Positions 1-9,341 of a stretch of 64,000 nucleotides of DNA are shown here, piece after piece; position 1 is the stretch's first letter; the number at the start of each line of letters is the position of its first letter. The stretch lies in IMG/VR virus record IMGVR_UViG_3300006888_000001. One strand, written 5' to 3'. A program made the translations under genes and the position numbers. Below the pieces are notes generated by a model, which worked only from the letters and a program-made list of their open reading frames with translations, had not been told where the DNA came from and made no database searches. This DNA is from an uncultured virus (IMG/VR IMGVR_UViG_3300006888_000001) (Duplodnaviria; Heunggongvirae; Uroviricota; Caudoviricetes).

Positions 1-22
1 TGCATAGACAGTCTTTCCCCGT

Positions 23-99
23 GCGCAATTAGCTCAGTTGGATAGAGCGTTAGCCTCCGGAGCTAAAGGCCGCAAGTTCGATTCTTGCATTGCGCACCA
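23..99 (+). tRNA. tRNA-Arg (anticodon CCG), integration target
   Basis: Acceptor stem GCGCAAT/ATTGCGC, D-arm AGCTCAGTTGGATAGAGC, anticodon arm TTAGC-CT CCG GA-GCTAA, T-loop GTTCGATTC, encoded CCA end. Confidence 0.97.
52..99 (+). repeat. attL core (tRNA 3' half)
   Basis: AGCCTCCGGAGCTAAAGGCCGCAAGTTCGATTCTTGCATTGCGCACCA is identical to 61509..61556. Confidence 0.95.
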
Positions 100-107
100 A
101 GAAAATC

Positions 108-144
108 AGCGGGTTACAGGCAAAAGTCTGTGACCCGCTTTTTT
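108..144 (+). terminator. Rho-independent terminator after the tRNA
   Basis: AGCGGGTTACAGGC-AAAA-GTCTGTGACCCGCT stem followed by a T run. Confidence 0.85.
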
Positions 145-145
145 A

Positions 146-175
146 TTTTGTACCCTATGGCTACCCTCTGAGTGC
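146..175 (+). promoter_or_regulatory. Putative integrase arm-type binding sites (left arm)
   Basis: TTTTgTACCCTatgGCTACCCTctGAGTGC matches 61382..61411 at 24/30 positions; tandem TACCCT 11 bp apart. Confidence 0.6.
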
Positions 176-277
176 TTTTTTTAGCGCTTTATCTGCTTTA
201 TTTTTGTCTTCCTGCCGTTTTGAAAGCGCCGCCTTTTGGCCATTCGCGGATCTCTGTTTTGTTGGGCGGGGTGTCGT

Positions 278-1645
278 ATGAACCGCCCGAAGAACAGGTC
301 TCATTCGGGGCCACCTCAGATTTCGCTGCCATCCGTCGTCAAGACCATCCCCCCTCATGACAGGGACGCCGAGCAGGCTCTTATAGGCACGTGCATTCTC
401 AGGTCCGAGCGCTTGGAGGATGTTCGTCCCTACGTGCGGCCTGAGGACTTTTACTTCCCCCAGCATCAGGTTTTGTTCAAGGCCATCCTCCGAATGGCCG
501 ACTCCCATGACATTGTGGATGTTGTGTCCTTGGCATCCGCGCTGCAGACCTCAGGCGAGTTGGATGGCGTGGGCGGCACCGTGTACTTGGCTTCACTCCT
601 GGGACATCCCTATTCAGGCAATGTCTCGTACTGGGCCGCGACCGTACGCGATACGGCCCGGCGCCGACGGATCATGCAACTGTCCACGGAGCTGTTCATG
701 GCCGCGGCCAATCCGACAGCTGACGTGTATGACGTGGCTGCAGGCGCTTCGGACCTGGTGGATGGCGTGCTGGCCGACAAGCTCGACACGGGGCGGCAGC
801 AGCCGCGTGAGATCGTGCGCGACTATCAGGATTGGCTGGACCGAGTCGTGGACGAGCAGGAGGGCATGGCGTTGCCGTTTCCCAAGGCCCAGAAGCTGAC
901 CGGCGGGTTCATGCCGACTGAGCTTGTGTATCTGGCGGCGCGTCCTTCCAACGGCAAGACGGCCCTCATGCTCAATACCTGCCTTTACAACTTAGGGCTT
1001 GGGAAGCGGATCGGAATTGTTTCGCTCGAAATGCGGTCCAAGATCCTGATGAGCCGCATGAGCGCTATGGCCTTAGACATAGACGCCCAGAAGTTCCGCA
1101 ACCGCACTCTGACTGCGGATGATCGCGCCAAGATCAACGAGTTTTGTCGGCGGATGGAGCAACGGTCGTTCCGCATGTGGGACGAGCCTGAGTTTTCTCC
1201 CGTGCGCATGCGTTCTGTCATCAAGAGCTGGAAGCGCCAGATGGGCGGCCTCGACTTCCTGGTCATCGATTACCTGCAGCTGCTCGATTCGGATCCGGTG
1301 GACGGCCGCATGGCATCGAACCGGGAGCAGGAGGTAAGCCGCATCTCCAAGGCCATCAAACGCTTGGCGCTGGGCGAAGAGCTGCCGGTCATGGTGCTGT
1401 GCCAGCTCAGCAGGCAGGCTGAGAAGGATTCCAAGCCCATGCTTTCGCACTTGCGCGAGTCCGGCAGCCTGGAGCAGGACGCAGATTTTGTTCTTTTTTT
1501 GAGTTTTTGGGACCCGAGAACGGTCGGACACGAGATTGATCTGGACCTGGACATCGCCAAGGGGCGGTCGTCGCAGACGGGGACAGTTCCATTGACGTAT
1601 GTCCGGCCGTTTTTGCGTTTTCATGAGCGACCGGAGGGGATGTGA
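278..1645 (+). CDS. dnaB: Replicative DNA helicase, DnaB family (phage-encoded)
   Basis: PPHDRDAEQALIG N-terminus, Walker A AARPSNGKT, IDYLQL, QLSR, LRESGSLEQDAD; ORF opens at 236, ATG at 278 preferred. Confidence 0.93.
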   Translation: MNRPKNRSHSGPPQISLPSVVKTIPPHDRDAEQALIGTCILRSERLEDVRPYVRPEDFYFPQHQVLFKAILRMADSHDIVDVVSLASALQTSGELDGVGGTVYLASLLGHPYSGNVSYWAATVRDTARRRRIMQLSTELFMAAANPTADVYDVAAGASDLVDGVLADKLDTGRQQPREIVRDYQDWLDRVVDEQEGMALPFPKAQKLTGGFMPTELVYLAARPSNGKTALMLNTCLYNLGLGKRIGIVSLEMRSKILMSRMSAMALDIDAQKFRNRTLTADDRAKINEFCRRMEQRSFRMWDEPEFSPVRMRSVIKSWKRQMGGLDFLVIDYLQLLDSDPVDGRMASNREQEVSRISKAIKRLALGEELPVMVLCQLSRQAEKDSKPMLSHLRESGSLEQDADFVLFLSFWDPRTVGHEIDLDLDIAKGRSSQTGTVPLTYVRPFLRFHERPEGM

Positions 1646-1872
1646 TGGCCAATGTCGGGACTTGGCCCGTCCGCGAGGATGGCATGCGTATGTTGAATGC
1701 CTGGCTGGTACCCGACGGGCAGGGTCGGGAGTGGTGCGTAACCATTATTGCGGAGGTGGAGGGTGGTCGGATTGTCAGAACTTCTCGCGCACATGTTGAA
1801 GTCAAAGAGCAATGCAGCGCCGCCAAAAAGCGACCGGGTGCCCGTCTCCCTGCGGAATATGAGCCTGGGTGA
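1642..1872 (+). CDS. Hypothetical phage protein
   Basis: Start overlaps the dnaB stop, GGAGG upstream; no recognisable motif. Confidence 0.4.
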   Translation: MMANVGTWPVREDGMRMLNAWLVPDGQGREWCVTIIAEVEGGRIVRTSRAHVEVKEQCSAAKKRPGARLPAEYEPG

Positions 1873-1977
1873 CGTGCTGCACGAGGCTGAATTGATCATG
1901 CGCAAGCAGAGCAGCCTTTCCAGTTGCGAGCGACGGATGGTGGTGGCCCGGGCGCGCGAGATCCTTGGAGGTGAACG

Positions 1978-2169
1978 GTGAAAGGCTTCTTTCTGCTGCT
2001 TGGTTTGGTGCTTGGGTTTGTGGTGTGGATGCTGGTTGCGGGACCCGGTCGTCATCGGCAGCGGTCGCGGCTGGCGGGGCTCTACTTCGGGCGCGAGGGC
2101 GAAGATTCACGCGCCAGAACCGTGGAAAGGCTGGAGAGATCAGCAAAGCCGGGAGGGCTGAAACGATGA
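1978..2169 (+). CDS. Small membrane protein
   Basis: GGAGGTG RBS; N-terminal hydrophobic helix FFLLLGLVLGFVVWMLVA. Confidence 0.55.
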   Translation: MKGFFLLLGLVLGFVVWMLVAGPGRHRQRSRLAGLYFGREGEDSRARTVERLERSAKPGGLKR

Positions 2170-2672
2170 CGTCGAAAACGTGTCATGCCTGTGGGCGCGA
2201 GTATTCTGAGATCGCCCGCATGTATTCGGAATTTGTGCGATGCCATGGTGCAAATGAGCTTTGGATGCAGCTTATCGACGCTGCTGCCGGAGTTCTGGCG
2301 GCGCGGGAACGCTTGGCTGAAACCTTGTCCTGCACTGACGAGGAGTATGTGGCCGTGCTGGCGCGGATGGAGATCATGCTCGCTATGGCCATCAGAGGAG
2401 TGGAGCGCGACGGCCCCATACGGCCCGGGCAGGATGATGCATGGCTTCATCCTGGCCTGGCCATCGCCCTGCTGATTGTCGAAGCGTCCAAGTGGGCGCG
2501 GCATGTGACCGACATCTTGTCTGTTTGGAGGGCTGCGCTCAATGCGCGCCAGGCCTTGGATCGTTTGATCCTTCCTTGGGAAGGCATGATGGCTCAAGCC
2601 AGGAGGTCTGTCGCGGTGGAATTTCGGCTGTGTCGGACGTGCCAAGTCCAGGCGGGACAACGTGAAGTGTGA
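2166..2672 (+). CDS. Hypothetical phage protein
   Basis: ATGA overlap with previous gene, GGAGG upstream; CHAC and CRTC motifs. Confidence 0.55.
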   Translation: MTSKTCHACGREYSEIARMYSEFVRCHGANELWMQLIDAAAGVLAARERLAETLSCTDEEYVAVLARMEIMLAMAIRGVERDGPIRPGQDDAWLHPGLAIALLIVEASKWARHVTDILSVWRAALNARQALDRLILPWEGMMAQARRSVAVEFRLCRTCQVQAGQREV

Positions 2673-3363
2673 GCGCTGCCAGACCGCGCTGCCTGAGGAT
2701 TCCGCTTACAATCGTAAATATTGCGATGTTTGCCGAAGGGTCGTGGACAAGGAACAGTGTGGCAAAAAGCGCGGCGTCAAGACAATTGAAGCCCGGACGT
2801 GTTCTGAGTGTCCAAAAGTATTTCACGTCATCGAGTACAGCAAAAGACTGACGTGTTCCCCGTGTTGTCAGCGTGCGCGGGAGGCACGCCTGCAGCGGGA
2901 GCGCGACTGCACCCCGATGGGCAAGGAAGAACGCGCCTGTGAGATTTGCTTGAAATCGTACGTGACGAGCAAACGGAGTAAGCGTCGAACTTGCGGCAAA
3001 AAAAACTGTCAGCGGGCGCTGCGTAAAATGGCTGATGCCCTGCGTGAGGATGAACGCCGCGCGGATTTACCGCGTGAGAATCGACAATGCCCAGTGTGCG
3101 GAAGTTGGTTTGAAACAATCGTCGGATCCAATCGGAAGACGTGCGGCAAAAAAAAGTGTGTCCGGACATGGTCTAATGCGTCCCGGCGCGTTGCGCGTGA
3201 ACTGGAGGCTAAGGTGAAGGCCTCGCGCGGGTTTGTCGATCCTGGGTACCGGGGAAAATGGGGCCTGGAGGTTGATCCCTGGGCTACTGATGCCCTGGGG
3301 GGCGAGAGTCTGTCGCCAGACGTATTGAGCTGGAACAACGCCATAATGACACCGTTTGGTTGA
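2662..3363 (+). CDS. Cys-rich repeat (putative multi-zinc-finger) protein
   Basis: Four CxxC...C units (CERC/YCDVC, CSEC/TCSPCC, CEIC/TCGKKNC, CPVC/TCGKKKC); very basic. Confidence 0.65.
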   Translation: MKCERCQTALPEDSAYNRKYCDVCRRVVDKEQCGKKRGVKTIEARTCSECPKVFHVIEYSKRLTCSPCCQRAREARLQRERDCTPMGKEERACEICLKSYVTSKRSKRRTCGKKNCQRALRKMADALREDERRADLPRENRQCPVCGSWFETIVGSNRKTCGKKKCVRTWSNASRRVARELEAKVKASRGFVDPGYRGKWGLEVDPWATDALGGESLSPDVLSWNNAIMTPFG

Positions 3364-3378
3364 AGTGAGGGCGGCCTA

Positions 3379-3702
3379 ATGGAGTCGTTTGTTGCCCGTA
3401 CAGCCGCTGTGCAGCGGTTTCGAGAGCTGTTGCGAAGCTGTCCGCTCGTAGCGATTGTGTCTGAGTCACGTTTGATGATCCGAGCGGTCCAGCTCACAGC
3501 CGACAAGCGCCGTCTGGTGCATAATAATCGTTGGGAGATGCTGCATTGGAAGGAGTTCAGCGAGGCTGTTGACCTGTTCTGGACCGATCCGGTTCAGGCT
3601 TGGCTGGCTGCGCATCCGTGCGCTGAGGTGGGCGTGCATTTTCGGAATATGGATGCGCAGGAGATCCGGGCCGGGTCTTTGCTGGTGGTGGACTCTGTAT
3701 AA
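3379..3702 (+). CDS. Hypothetical phage protein
   Basis: ORF in operon direction with GAGGG RBS. Confidence 0.5.
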   Translation: MESFVARTAAVQRFRELLRSCPLVAIVSESRLMIRAVQLTADKRRLVHNNRWEMLHWKEFSEAVDLFWTDPVQAWLAAHPCAEVGVHFRNMDAQEIRAGSLLVVDSV

Positions 3703-3787
3703 TTCTAAAGTGATGGTTTAGATTTTAGTTCTGACCGTCTGCGAGACTCGAGCTCGTGGCCGGGACTGGATTAGAATCGGGGGGTCT

Positions 3788-4666
3788 ATGGCAAGCCCAC
3801 AATGTGAGCATGGTTTTACGCGGATCGCGAACGAGCTGCTTCACGCGCTGGCTCTATGCCAAGTGTCAGGGCGTGAAATGCGCGTGGTTCTGGCCGTGAT
3901 CCGGGAGACCTACGGATATTCGCGACTCGTAGCTTCTTTGTCTCGGACTAGATTGGCTGAGATGTGCGGCCTTGAGCGGCGCGATGCGGACCGCGTCGTG
4001 CGGGCCTTGGTCGCTAAAAAAATTCTACACACGGAGCCTGGCCAAGGCAGATCGCCGGGACGAATTGGGCTGCAGAAGGATTACGATTTGTGGGATGTGG
4101 CGGCAAATACCCCGTCAGAAGTTGTGACGGCTAAAACGCCGTCACAAACACCGGCGGAAAACGTACTTGTGACGGCTACAACGCCGTCACAAGATGGGGC
4201 GAAAAAGCCGTCACAAACGGGAACCCACCATTATGATAAAAGAAAAAGAAAAAGAAATACCGCACGCTCAGGATCTGAAGAGGCATTGAAAGTGGCAAGG
4301 GCGTATCATGAGCGAATTCGGATTCTGCATCCGACATTGACGCGAGGCTGGACTGAGAAGTGGGATCAGGATGGAGCTTTGGCCCTGGATGACCTGGTAC
4401 GAATAGATGGCCATGACTGGGAAGCGGTCAAAGACGTTCTGCGGTGGATTTTGACAGACGATTTCTGGAGCCGGAATATGCGCAGCTTGGCTTCGGCCAG
4501 GAAGAAGGGTGCGGGTGGCTCCACCAAGTTCGAGTCGGCCATGGTGCAATTCGACTTGTCCAAGCGTTCGACCCGCGCCGCGGTCGATGCTCGGCCCCAG
4601 GCTGTGGTCAGAAAGTTAACTGAGACGGAATTAGCTGAGCGGCCGAATTGTTTGGGCTGGAAGTGA
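3788..4666 (+). CDS. Phage replication initiator, lambda O-like
   Basis: EHGFTRIANELLHAL and REMRVVLAVIRETYGY N-terminal motifs; C-terminal DDFWSRN motif; internal iterons. Confidence 0.85.
   Translation: MASPQCEHGFTRIANELLHALALCQVSGREMRVVLAVIRETYGYSRLVASLSRTRLAEMCGLERRDADRVVRALVAKKILHTEPGQGRSPGRIGLQKDYDLWDVAANTPSEVVTAKTPSQTPAENVLVTATTPSQDGAKKPSQTGTHHYDKRKRKRNTARSGSEEALKVARAYHERIRILHPTLTRGWTEKWDQDGALALDDLVRIDGHDWEAVKDVLRWILTDDFWSRNMRSLASARKKGAGGSTKFESAMVQFDLSKRSTRAAVDARPQAVVRKLTETELAERPNCLGWK
4095..4260. repeat. Putative replication origin: four 26-bp palindromic iterons plus an A-rich tract
   Basis: TTGTGACGGC-N6-GCCGTCACAA at 4122..4147 and 4167..4192; degenerate copies at 4095..4120 and 4191..4216; then ATAAAAGAAAAAGAAAAAGAAATA. 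Confidence 0.8.
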
Positions 4667-5210
4667 ATGAACAGTAAATTTGGTGATGTGGGGGTGGATT
4701 TTGGGCCGGGGTTTCGGGTTGGGCGTGTAGATAGAGGGATGGTGATGGATCTTGGATGATGAAGGGCGTGAGGTGCAGATGGATCGACCGGGTGGTCGAG
4801 GTGCAGATGGAGCGGCCGGGTGGTCGCCTTTTTTTGTTGGTGTGCGGATGAAACGTTCGATGCCTCCGGACATGACGTCCGTCATGTGAGTGTGGATTTC
4901 GTGCTGCTAAACGGTTGTCCCAGTCCGGCCAAAGTGTACGGTTTGGGCGTCGGTTTGGGGTTTATGCCGCATTGGTCCGGATGGACCACGCCGGGCGTGC
5001 TTTCGGGGGCGCGGCGGCCGGAGTCCGGGGAGGGGGGGGAGCCCCGCCGCGAATCCGAAACGCGAAGCGGATTTCAATCAGGTGGCTCTGTGAAACGCCG
5101 GTGATTTTTGCCGAAATCTTTCCGGATCCCATTTCATGGCTGCCGGGAACCGGCCGGGCAGGTCAAGCGGTGCGGTAGAGCGCGAAAAAAAAGCAAAACG
5201 GGGAGGCGGT

Positions 5211-5828
5211 ATGTCGAAAACGGTGGCGTATCTTCGGGTCAGCACGGATGCCCAGGACCTGCAGTCCCAGCGGCTGGAGATCCTGGAGCGGCTTATGGCC
5301 GACGGCGCGCGGGTTGACGAGTGGATTTCCATGGAAATCAGCTCACGGCGGTCGATGGATGACCGGGGCATTACGCAGCTTCTGGCGAGTCTGGCGCCCG
5401 GGGACATGCTGGTTGTGGCGGAGCTGTCGCGGCTGGGCCGAAGCCTGGGGCAGGTGGTGGAGATCGTCAACCGCCTGGTGGCCGGCCGGGTGCGTCTGTG
5501 GACGATCAAGGAGAACATCCGTCTGGACGGGTCCGGCGGCAGCATGGACATCGCGACCAAAACGACGGTGGCGCTTTTCGGCCTGATGGCTGAGATCGAG
5601 CGCGATCTTATCAGTCAGCGGACCAAGGCCGGTCTGGCGGCGGCCCGCGCCAAGGGCAAGGTGCTCGGCGCCCCGCGTGGGGTGCGGCGCTCCCGGCTGG
5701 ACGCCAAGACCGACGAGATTGCCGCGTGGCTGGCCAAGGGTGTGAGCCAGGCGAGTCTGGCCAAGATGTTCGATGTCAGTTCCAGCACGATGCACGGATT
5801 TCTGAAGACGCGCGGCCTGCTCGGGTAG
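5211..5828 (+). CDS. Small serine recombinase (resolvase/invertase family)
   Basis: AYLRVSTDAQD catalytic Ser motif, LVVAELSRLGRS, AEIERDLISQRT, C-terminal HTH. Confidence 0.93.
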   Translation: MSKTVAYLRVSTDAQDLQSQRLEILERLMADGARVDEWISMEISSRRSMDDRGITQLLASLAPGDMLVVAELSRLGRSLGQVVEIVNRLVAGRVRLWTIKENIRLDGSGGSMDIATKTTVALFGLMAEIERDLISQRTKAGLAAARAKGKVLGAPRGVRRSRLDAKTDEIAAWLAKGVSQASLAKMFDVSSSTMHGFLKTRGLLG

Positions 5829-5850
5829 AGCGGGGCAAAAAGGCGGCAAC

Positions 5851-6420
5851 ATGAGCAAGAAAGGTGATGAAATAGCCCGGGAGCTGATCCGGCTGCAGGA
5901 AGAGGAAGGCCTGAAGCAGTATGAGGCGGCGGAGCGGCTTGGGCTCTCGCCGACCAGCGCGAGCAATTACGTGAAGCGCCTCCGCACGCACACGGCCAAG
6001 GCCATGACGCTGTCCGCGCCCGTGGGTGAAATGATCCGCAGGCAGCTTGATGAGGTGGCGGAGGTGGTGCAGCTGGCGGGCGAGGCCCGTGGGCTCATCG
6101 AGCTGATCCAGTCCGTGCTGAAGGGCGAAGGCAACGAGTATTACGAACAGAAGTCCCGGCTGCGGCGCATCTGCGACGGGAGTCCGGACAAGTTCCTCAT
6201 TTCGCTCATGGCCGAAGTGCGCAAGCAGGTGGAGCTGCATTTCAACATGCGCGAGAAGTACTGCAACATGGAGCGCGTGACTGAGTTCCAGCGCGTCGTC
6301 CTGGAAGAGATCCAGCGCGAGGCCCCGGAAGTGTCCCAGCGCATCGTCACGCGTCTGGTGCAGGCGCGGACTCTGCGCGACTCCATTGATCTGGGCATGC
6401 CGTCGACAGGAGGACTTTGA
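5851..6420 (+). CDS. Probable terminase small subunit
   Basis: N-terminal HTH (QYEAAERLGLSPTSASNY) plus helical C-terminus; immediately upstream of and overlapping terL. Confidence 0.65.
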   Translation: MSKKGDEIARELIRLQEEEGLKQYEAAERLGLSPTSASNYVKRLRTHTAKAMTLSAPVGEMIRRQLDEVAEVVQLAGEARGLIELIQSVLKGEGNEYYEQKSRLRRICDGSPDKFLISLMAEVRKQVELHFNMREKYCNMERVTEFQRVVLEEIQREAPEVSQRIVTRLVQARTLRDSIDLGMPSTGGL

Positions 6421-8030
6421 TGATGAAACCCAAGGTCGATCTCTTCGCCTCCTTCGTCGATCAGGTCACGACCACGGTGAAGATCCCGGAGACGCCGCCG
6501 GGCAATGTCGGGGAGTGGGCGGCCGGGAACTACGCTGGCGGACGCCCGATCATACTTGACCGCGGGCCCTTCACCTTCGATCGCCACGAATACCTGGTCA
6601 CACCCTATGCCGACGATCATCCGTGCCAGGTCGAGCGCAAATCGACCCAGCGCGGCAACTCCACGCGGGCCTTCCTGCGCATGTTCCACGCGGCCCGGTA
6701 TCTGGCCATGGTGGGTATTCTGTACCTGTTCCCGTCCAAGACCGGTATCGGCGACTTTTCGCGCTCGCGCATCGCGCCGCTGGTGGAGCGCAACCCGGAG
6801 ATCATCGGCCGCTTCATGAAGGACACGGATTCCGTGGGCCTCAAGCGCTTCAACGGCGTGAACCTGCTCTTTCGCGGCACCAAGTCCGAGGAAGGTCTGC
6901 GCTCCGACCCGGCGGATTTCGTCATCTTCGACGAATTCGACCTCATGGCCGAGGGCATCGAGGGCGCGGCCGAGGGCCGCATGGAGCATTCGGATTTCAA
7001 GTGGAAGCACTACCTCTCAAACCCGACCATTCCGGACTATGGCATCGACCGGAAGTTTCAGCTGACGGATCAGCGCTTTTGGATGCTCAAGTGCCCGGCC
7101 TGCGGCGGATGGAACTGCATGGAAGATTATTTCAATCCGTCCATAGGAGATGATCAGGACATCATCGTGGAGCTTCGCGGCGAGATCGTGCGGCTTTGCC
7201 AGTGTTGCCGCAACGCGGCCCTGGACCCCGCCCAAGGCGAATGGGTGGCCAAGTGCCCAAGCATCACGGATATGCGCGGCTACGCCTACTCCAACCTGTG
7301 GAGCCTGTTCCGCAGTCCGGAGAGCATCGTCAAAGCCATGGGCGGCCTGACCACGCGCACCAAGCAAGCGTTCTGGAACTACATCATAGGCTGTGCCTAC
7401 ATCGAGTCCGACGCGCGGCTGTCCAAGGAACAGGTCTTGGCCCTGTGCGCCGGCCACGCCATTGCCAAGAAGGATCGTGGGCCGTGCTGGATGGGCGTTG
7501 ACCAGGGCGCGAAGTATTTGCACGTGGTGATCGGCAAGAGCTTTCCGGACCGGATTATTTACATCGGCATCCTGCTCGAATGGGATGAGCTGCCTGGACT
7601 GGCCGAGGATATGGGCGTGCACTGCGCAGTCATCGATGCTCAACCCGAGCAGCGGGCGGCCAAAAAAGCGGCCGCCAGTCCTGCGCTCGCGGGTAAGGCT
7701 TTTCTGAACTGGTATAACGAGCACGCCAAGGTTGTTGTCTGGGACGAGAAGAACATGAAGGTTTCGAGCCCGCGTACCGAGACCATGGATGATGCCCACG
7801 AGGCCCTGAAGGAGGCGAACGTGGCCCTTCCGGCGGACTGCGAACCCGTGCGCGAGTTTGCCGAGCACGCGCACAACGTGGCCAGCACCTGGGAAGAGGA
7901 TGACGAGGGCAACCGGCGCAAGGTCTGGAAAAAGCTGGGTCCGGACCATTACCGCCATGCGTTCAACTACGCCTGGATGGCGCGCAACCGCTTGCTGGGC
8001 AGCGGGTTTGGCGACTGCGACCTGAGCTAG
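6420..8030 (+). CDS. Terminase large subunit, GpA-like
   Basis: KSTQRGNST Walker A variant, IFDEFD Walker B, SNPT, CPAC...CQCC, MGVDQG nuclease motif, DHYRHAFNY. Confidence 0.88.
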   Translation: MMKPKVDLFASFVDQVTTTVKIPETPPGNVGEWAAGNYAGGRPIILDRGPFTFDRHEYLVTPYADDHPCQVERKSTQRGNSTRAFLRMFHAARYLAMVGILYLFPSKTGIGDFSRSRIAPLVERNPEIIGRFMKDTDSVGLKRFNGVNLLFRGTKSEEGLRSDPADFVIFDEFDLMAEGIEGAAEGRMEHSDFKWKHYLSNPTIPDYGIDRKFQLTDQRFWMLKCPACGGWNCMEDYFNPSIGDDQDIIVELRGEIVRLCQCCRNAALDPAQGEWVAKCPSITDMRGYAYSNLWSLFRSPESIVKAMGGLTTRTKQAFWNYIIGCAYIESDARLSKEQVLALCAGHAIAKKDRGPCWMGVDQGAKYLHVVIGKSFPDRIIYIGILLEWDELPGLAEDMGVHCAVIDAQPEQRAAKKAAASPALAGKAFLNWYNEHAKVVVWDEKNMKVSSPRTETMDDAHEALKEANVALPADCEPVREFAEHAHNVASTWEEDDEGNRRKVWKKLGPDHYRHAFNYAWMARNRLLGSGFGDCDLS

Positions 8031-8038
8031 GAGGCACC

Positions 8039-8695
8039 GTGATACTTCTCGAATACAACCCCATAACCGGGGAGCGCATTCACGTCTGGGAGCGTAAGGG
8101 CAAGGGCAAGATCCTGCTGCGGCGCGTGGTCGGCGGCATCGGCTGGCCGGGCAAGGGCGCGGCCGGATTCGTGGCCGTGATGGGCGAGGAGCTGAACCCG
8201 CACCGCGAGTTTCCGGACATGCACGCCGTGCACGTGCTGGCGGAATATGGGGATTGGCAGGGTCAGAACTTCCTGTCCGTGCCGGTGATATTCGCGGCCA
8301 TGGGCGCGGTGTCCCGGGTGTGTCATGTGGAGGAGTGGTGGGCGCCGGACCGGCCGGAGTTCCTGCGCGAGCTGCGCCAGTACAACCAGCGCCAGGCGGG
8401 CCTGCGCCGCGCGCCGCTGCGCCTGGCGCGGCCGCGCGAGCACATGACGGCGGAGTGGCTGGCCATGCGCGTGCATATGCGCACCAGCAGCCAGAAGACG
8501 CTGCACTTCAACCATGCGGACAGGATCAGGGCGGCCCTGTCCGCCCTGGGGCGGGACTTCTCGGAGCTGGATTGGGTCACCTCGCCGGAGATCACGGCCC
8601 TGCTCATGGGCATGGCCGCCCTGGACGGCCGCGACTACCAGGGCGCGGCCAGCGTCAGACCGTGGAAGCCCGCTGATGGCGTGGCAGGGTATTAG
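8039..8695 (+). CDS. Hypothetical phage protein
   Basis: GGAGG RBS, GC3-rich codon usage, lies between terL and portal. Confidence 0.7.
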   Translation: MILLEYNPITGERIHVWERKGKGKILLRRVVGGIGWPGKGAAGFVAVMGEELNPHREFPDMHAVHVLAEYGDWQGQNFLSVPVIFAAMGAVSRVCHVEEWWAPDRPEFLRELRQYNQRQAGLRRAPLRLARPREHMTAEWLAMRVHMRTSSQKTLHFNHADRIRAALSALGRDFSELDWVTSPEITALLMGMAALDGRDYQGAASVRPWKPADGVAGY

Positions 8696-8727
8696 GGTCA
8701 AAATTTACGCAAAACAGGGGGTGAAAT

Positions 8728-9141
8728 TTGAAGCCTGCCCCATCCATTAGAATAAGCGTCAAAAACTCCGCTAACGAGGGGGTTAAAATTCGGCTTTACG
8801 ACGCGGAGCATTTTGGGGGCCCGACCGGCATGTACCGGCTGAAGGTTGGGCGGGAGTGGTTGAAGCCCGGAGAAAAGTACGTCTTTTTCTCGTCCGCCTC
8901 GGCGCTGGACATTGCCGCGCGGTGTGTCGGCTTCGAGCCTGCGGCGGCTCCTGCCCCGGCGCTGCGCTATCGGGACCGGGTGCGCGTCACGGTCAAGGAT
9001 TCCGAAGGCAATGGGATTCGCGAGCAGGCCTTTGCCGCGTCCCCGCCGTACCAAGGACCGGATGGACGGTGGCGGGTCTTTGTGCTGACTTTTAAGCACG
9101 GAATGGTCCCGTTTTTGTGTGACGAAATAGAAGTGCTCTGA
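8728..9141 (+). CDS. Hypothetical phage protein
   Basis: ORF followed directly by a terminator. Confidence 0.55.
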   Translation: MKPAPSIRISVKNSANEGVKIRLYDAEHFGGPTGMYRLKVGREWLKPGEKYVFFSSASALDIAARCVGFEPAAAPAPALRYRDRVRVTVKDSEGNGIREQAFAASPPYQGPDGRWRVFVLTFKHGMVPFLCDEIEVL

Positions 9142-9166
9142 ACTCCCGATATTTCAAAACCCCGTC

Positions 9167-9188
9167 AAGCCCCGAAAGGGGCTTTTTT
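9167..9188 (+). terminator. Rho-independent terminator
   Basis: AAGCCCC-GAAA-GGGGCTT plus T run. Confidence 0.8.
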
Positions 9189-9341
9189 CGGCGTCCCGTG
9201 GTGTCCCGTGGTGTCCCGCAATCCCCGGCCTGCGGCGGTTTCCCGAAAACCTGTGTTACCGCTTGGGCTGAAATGGCGAGGGTTCCGGCCGGGTTCTTCC
9301 CCGGTCTCCCGGCCGGAATCCGGACCACAAGCGGGGAAAGC

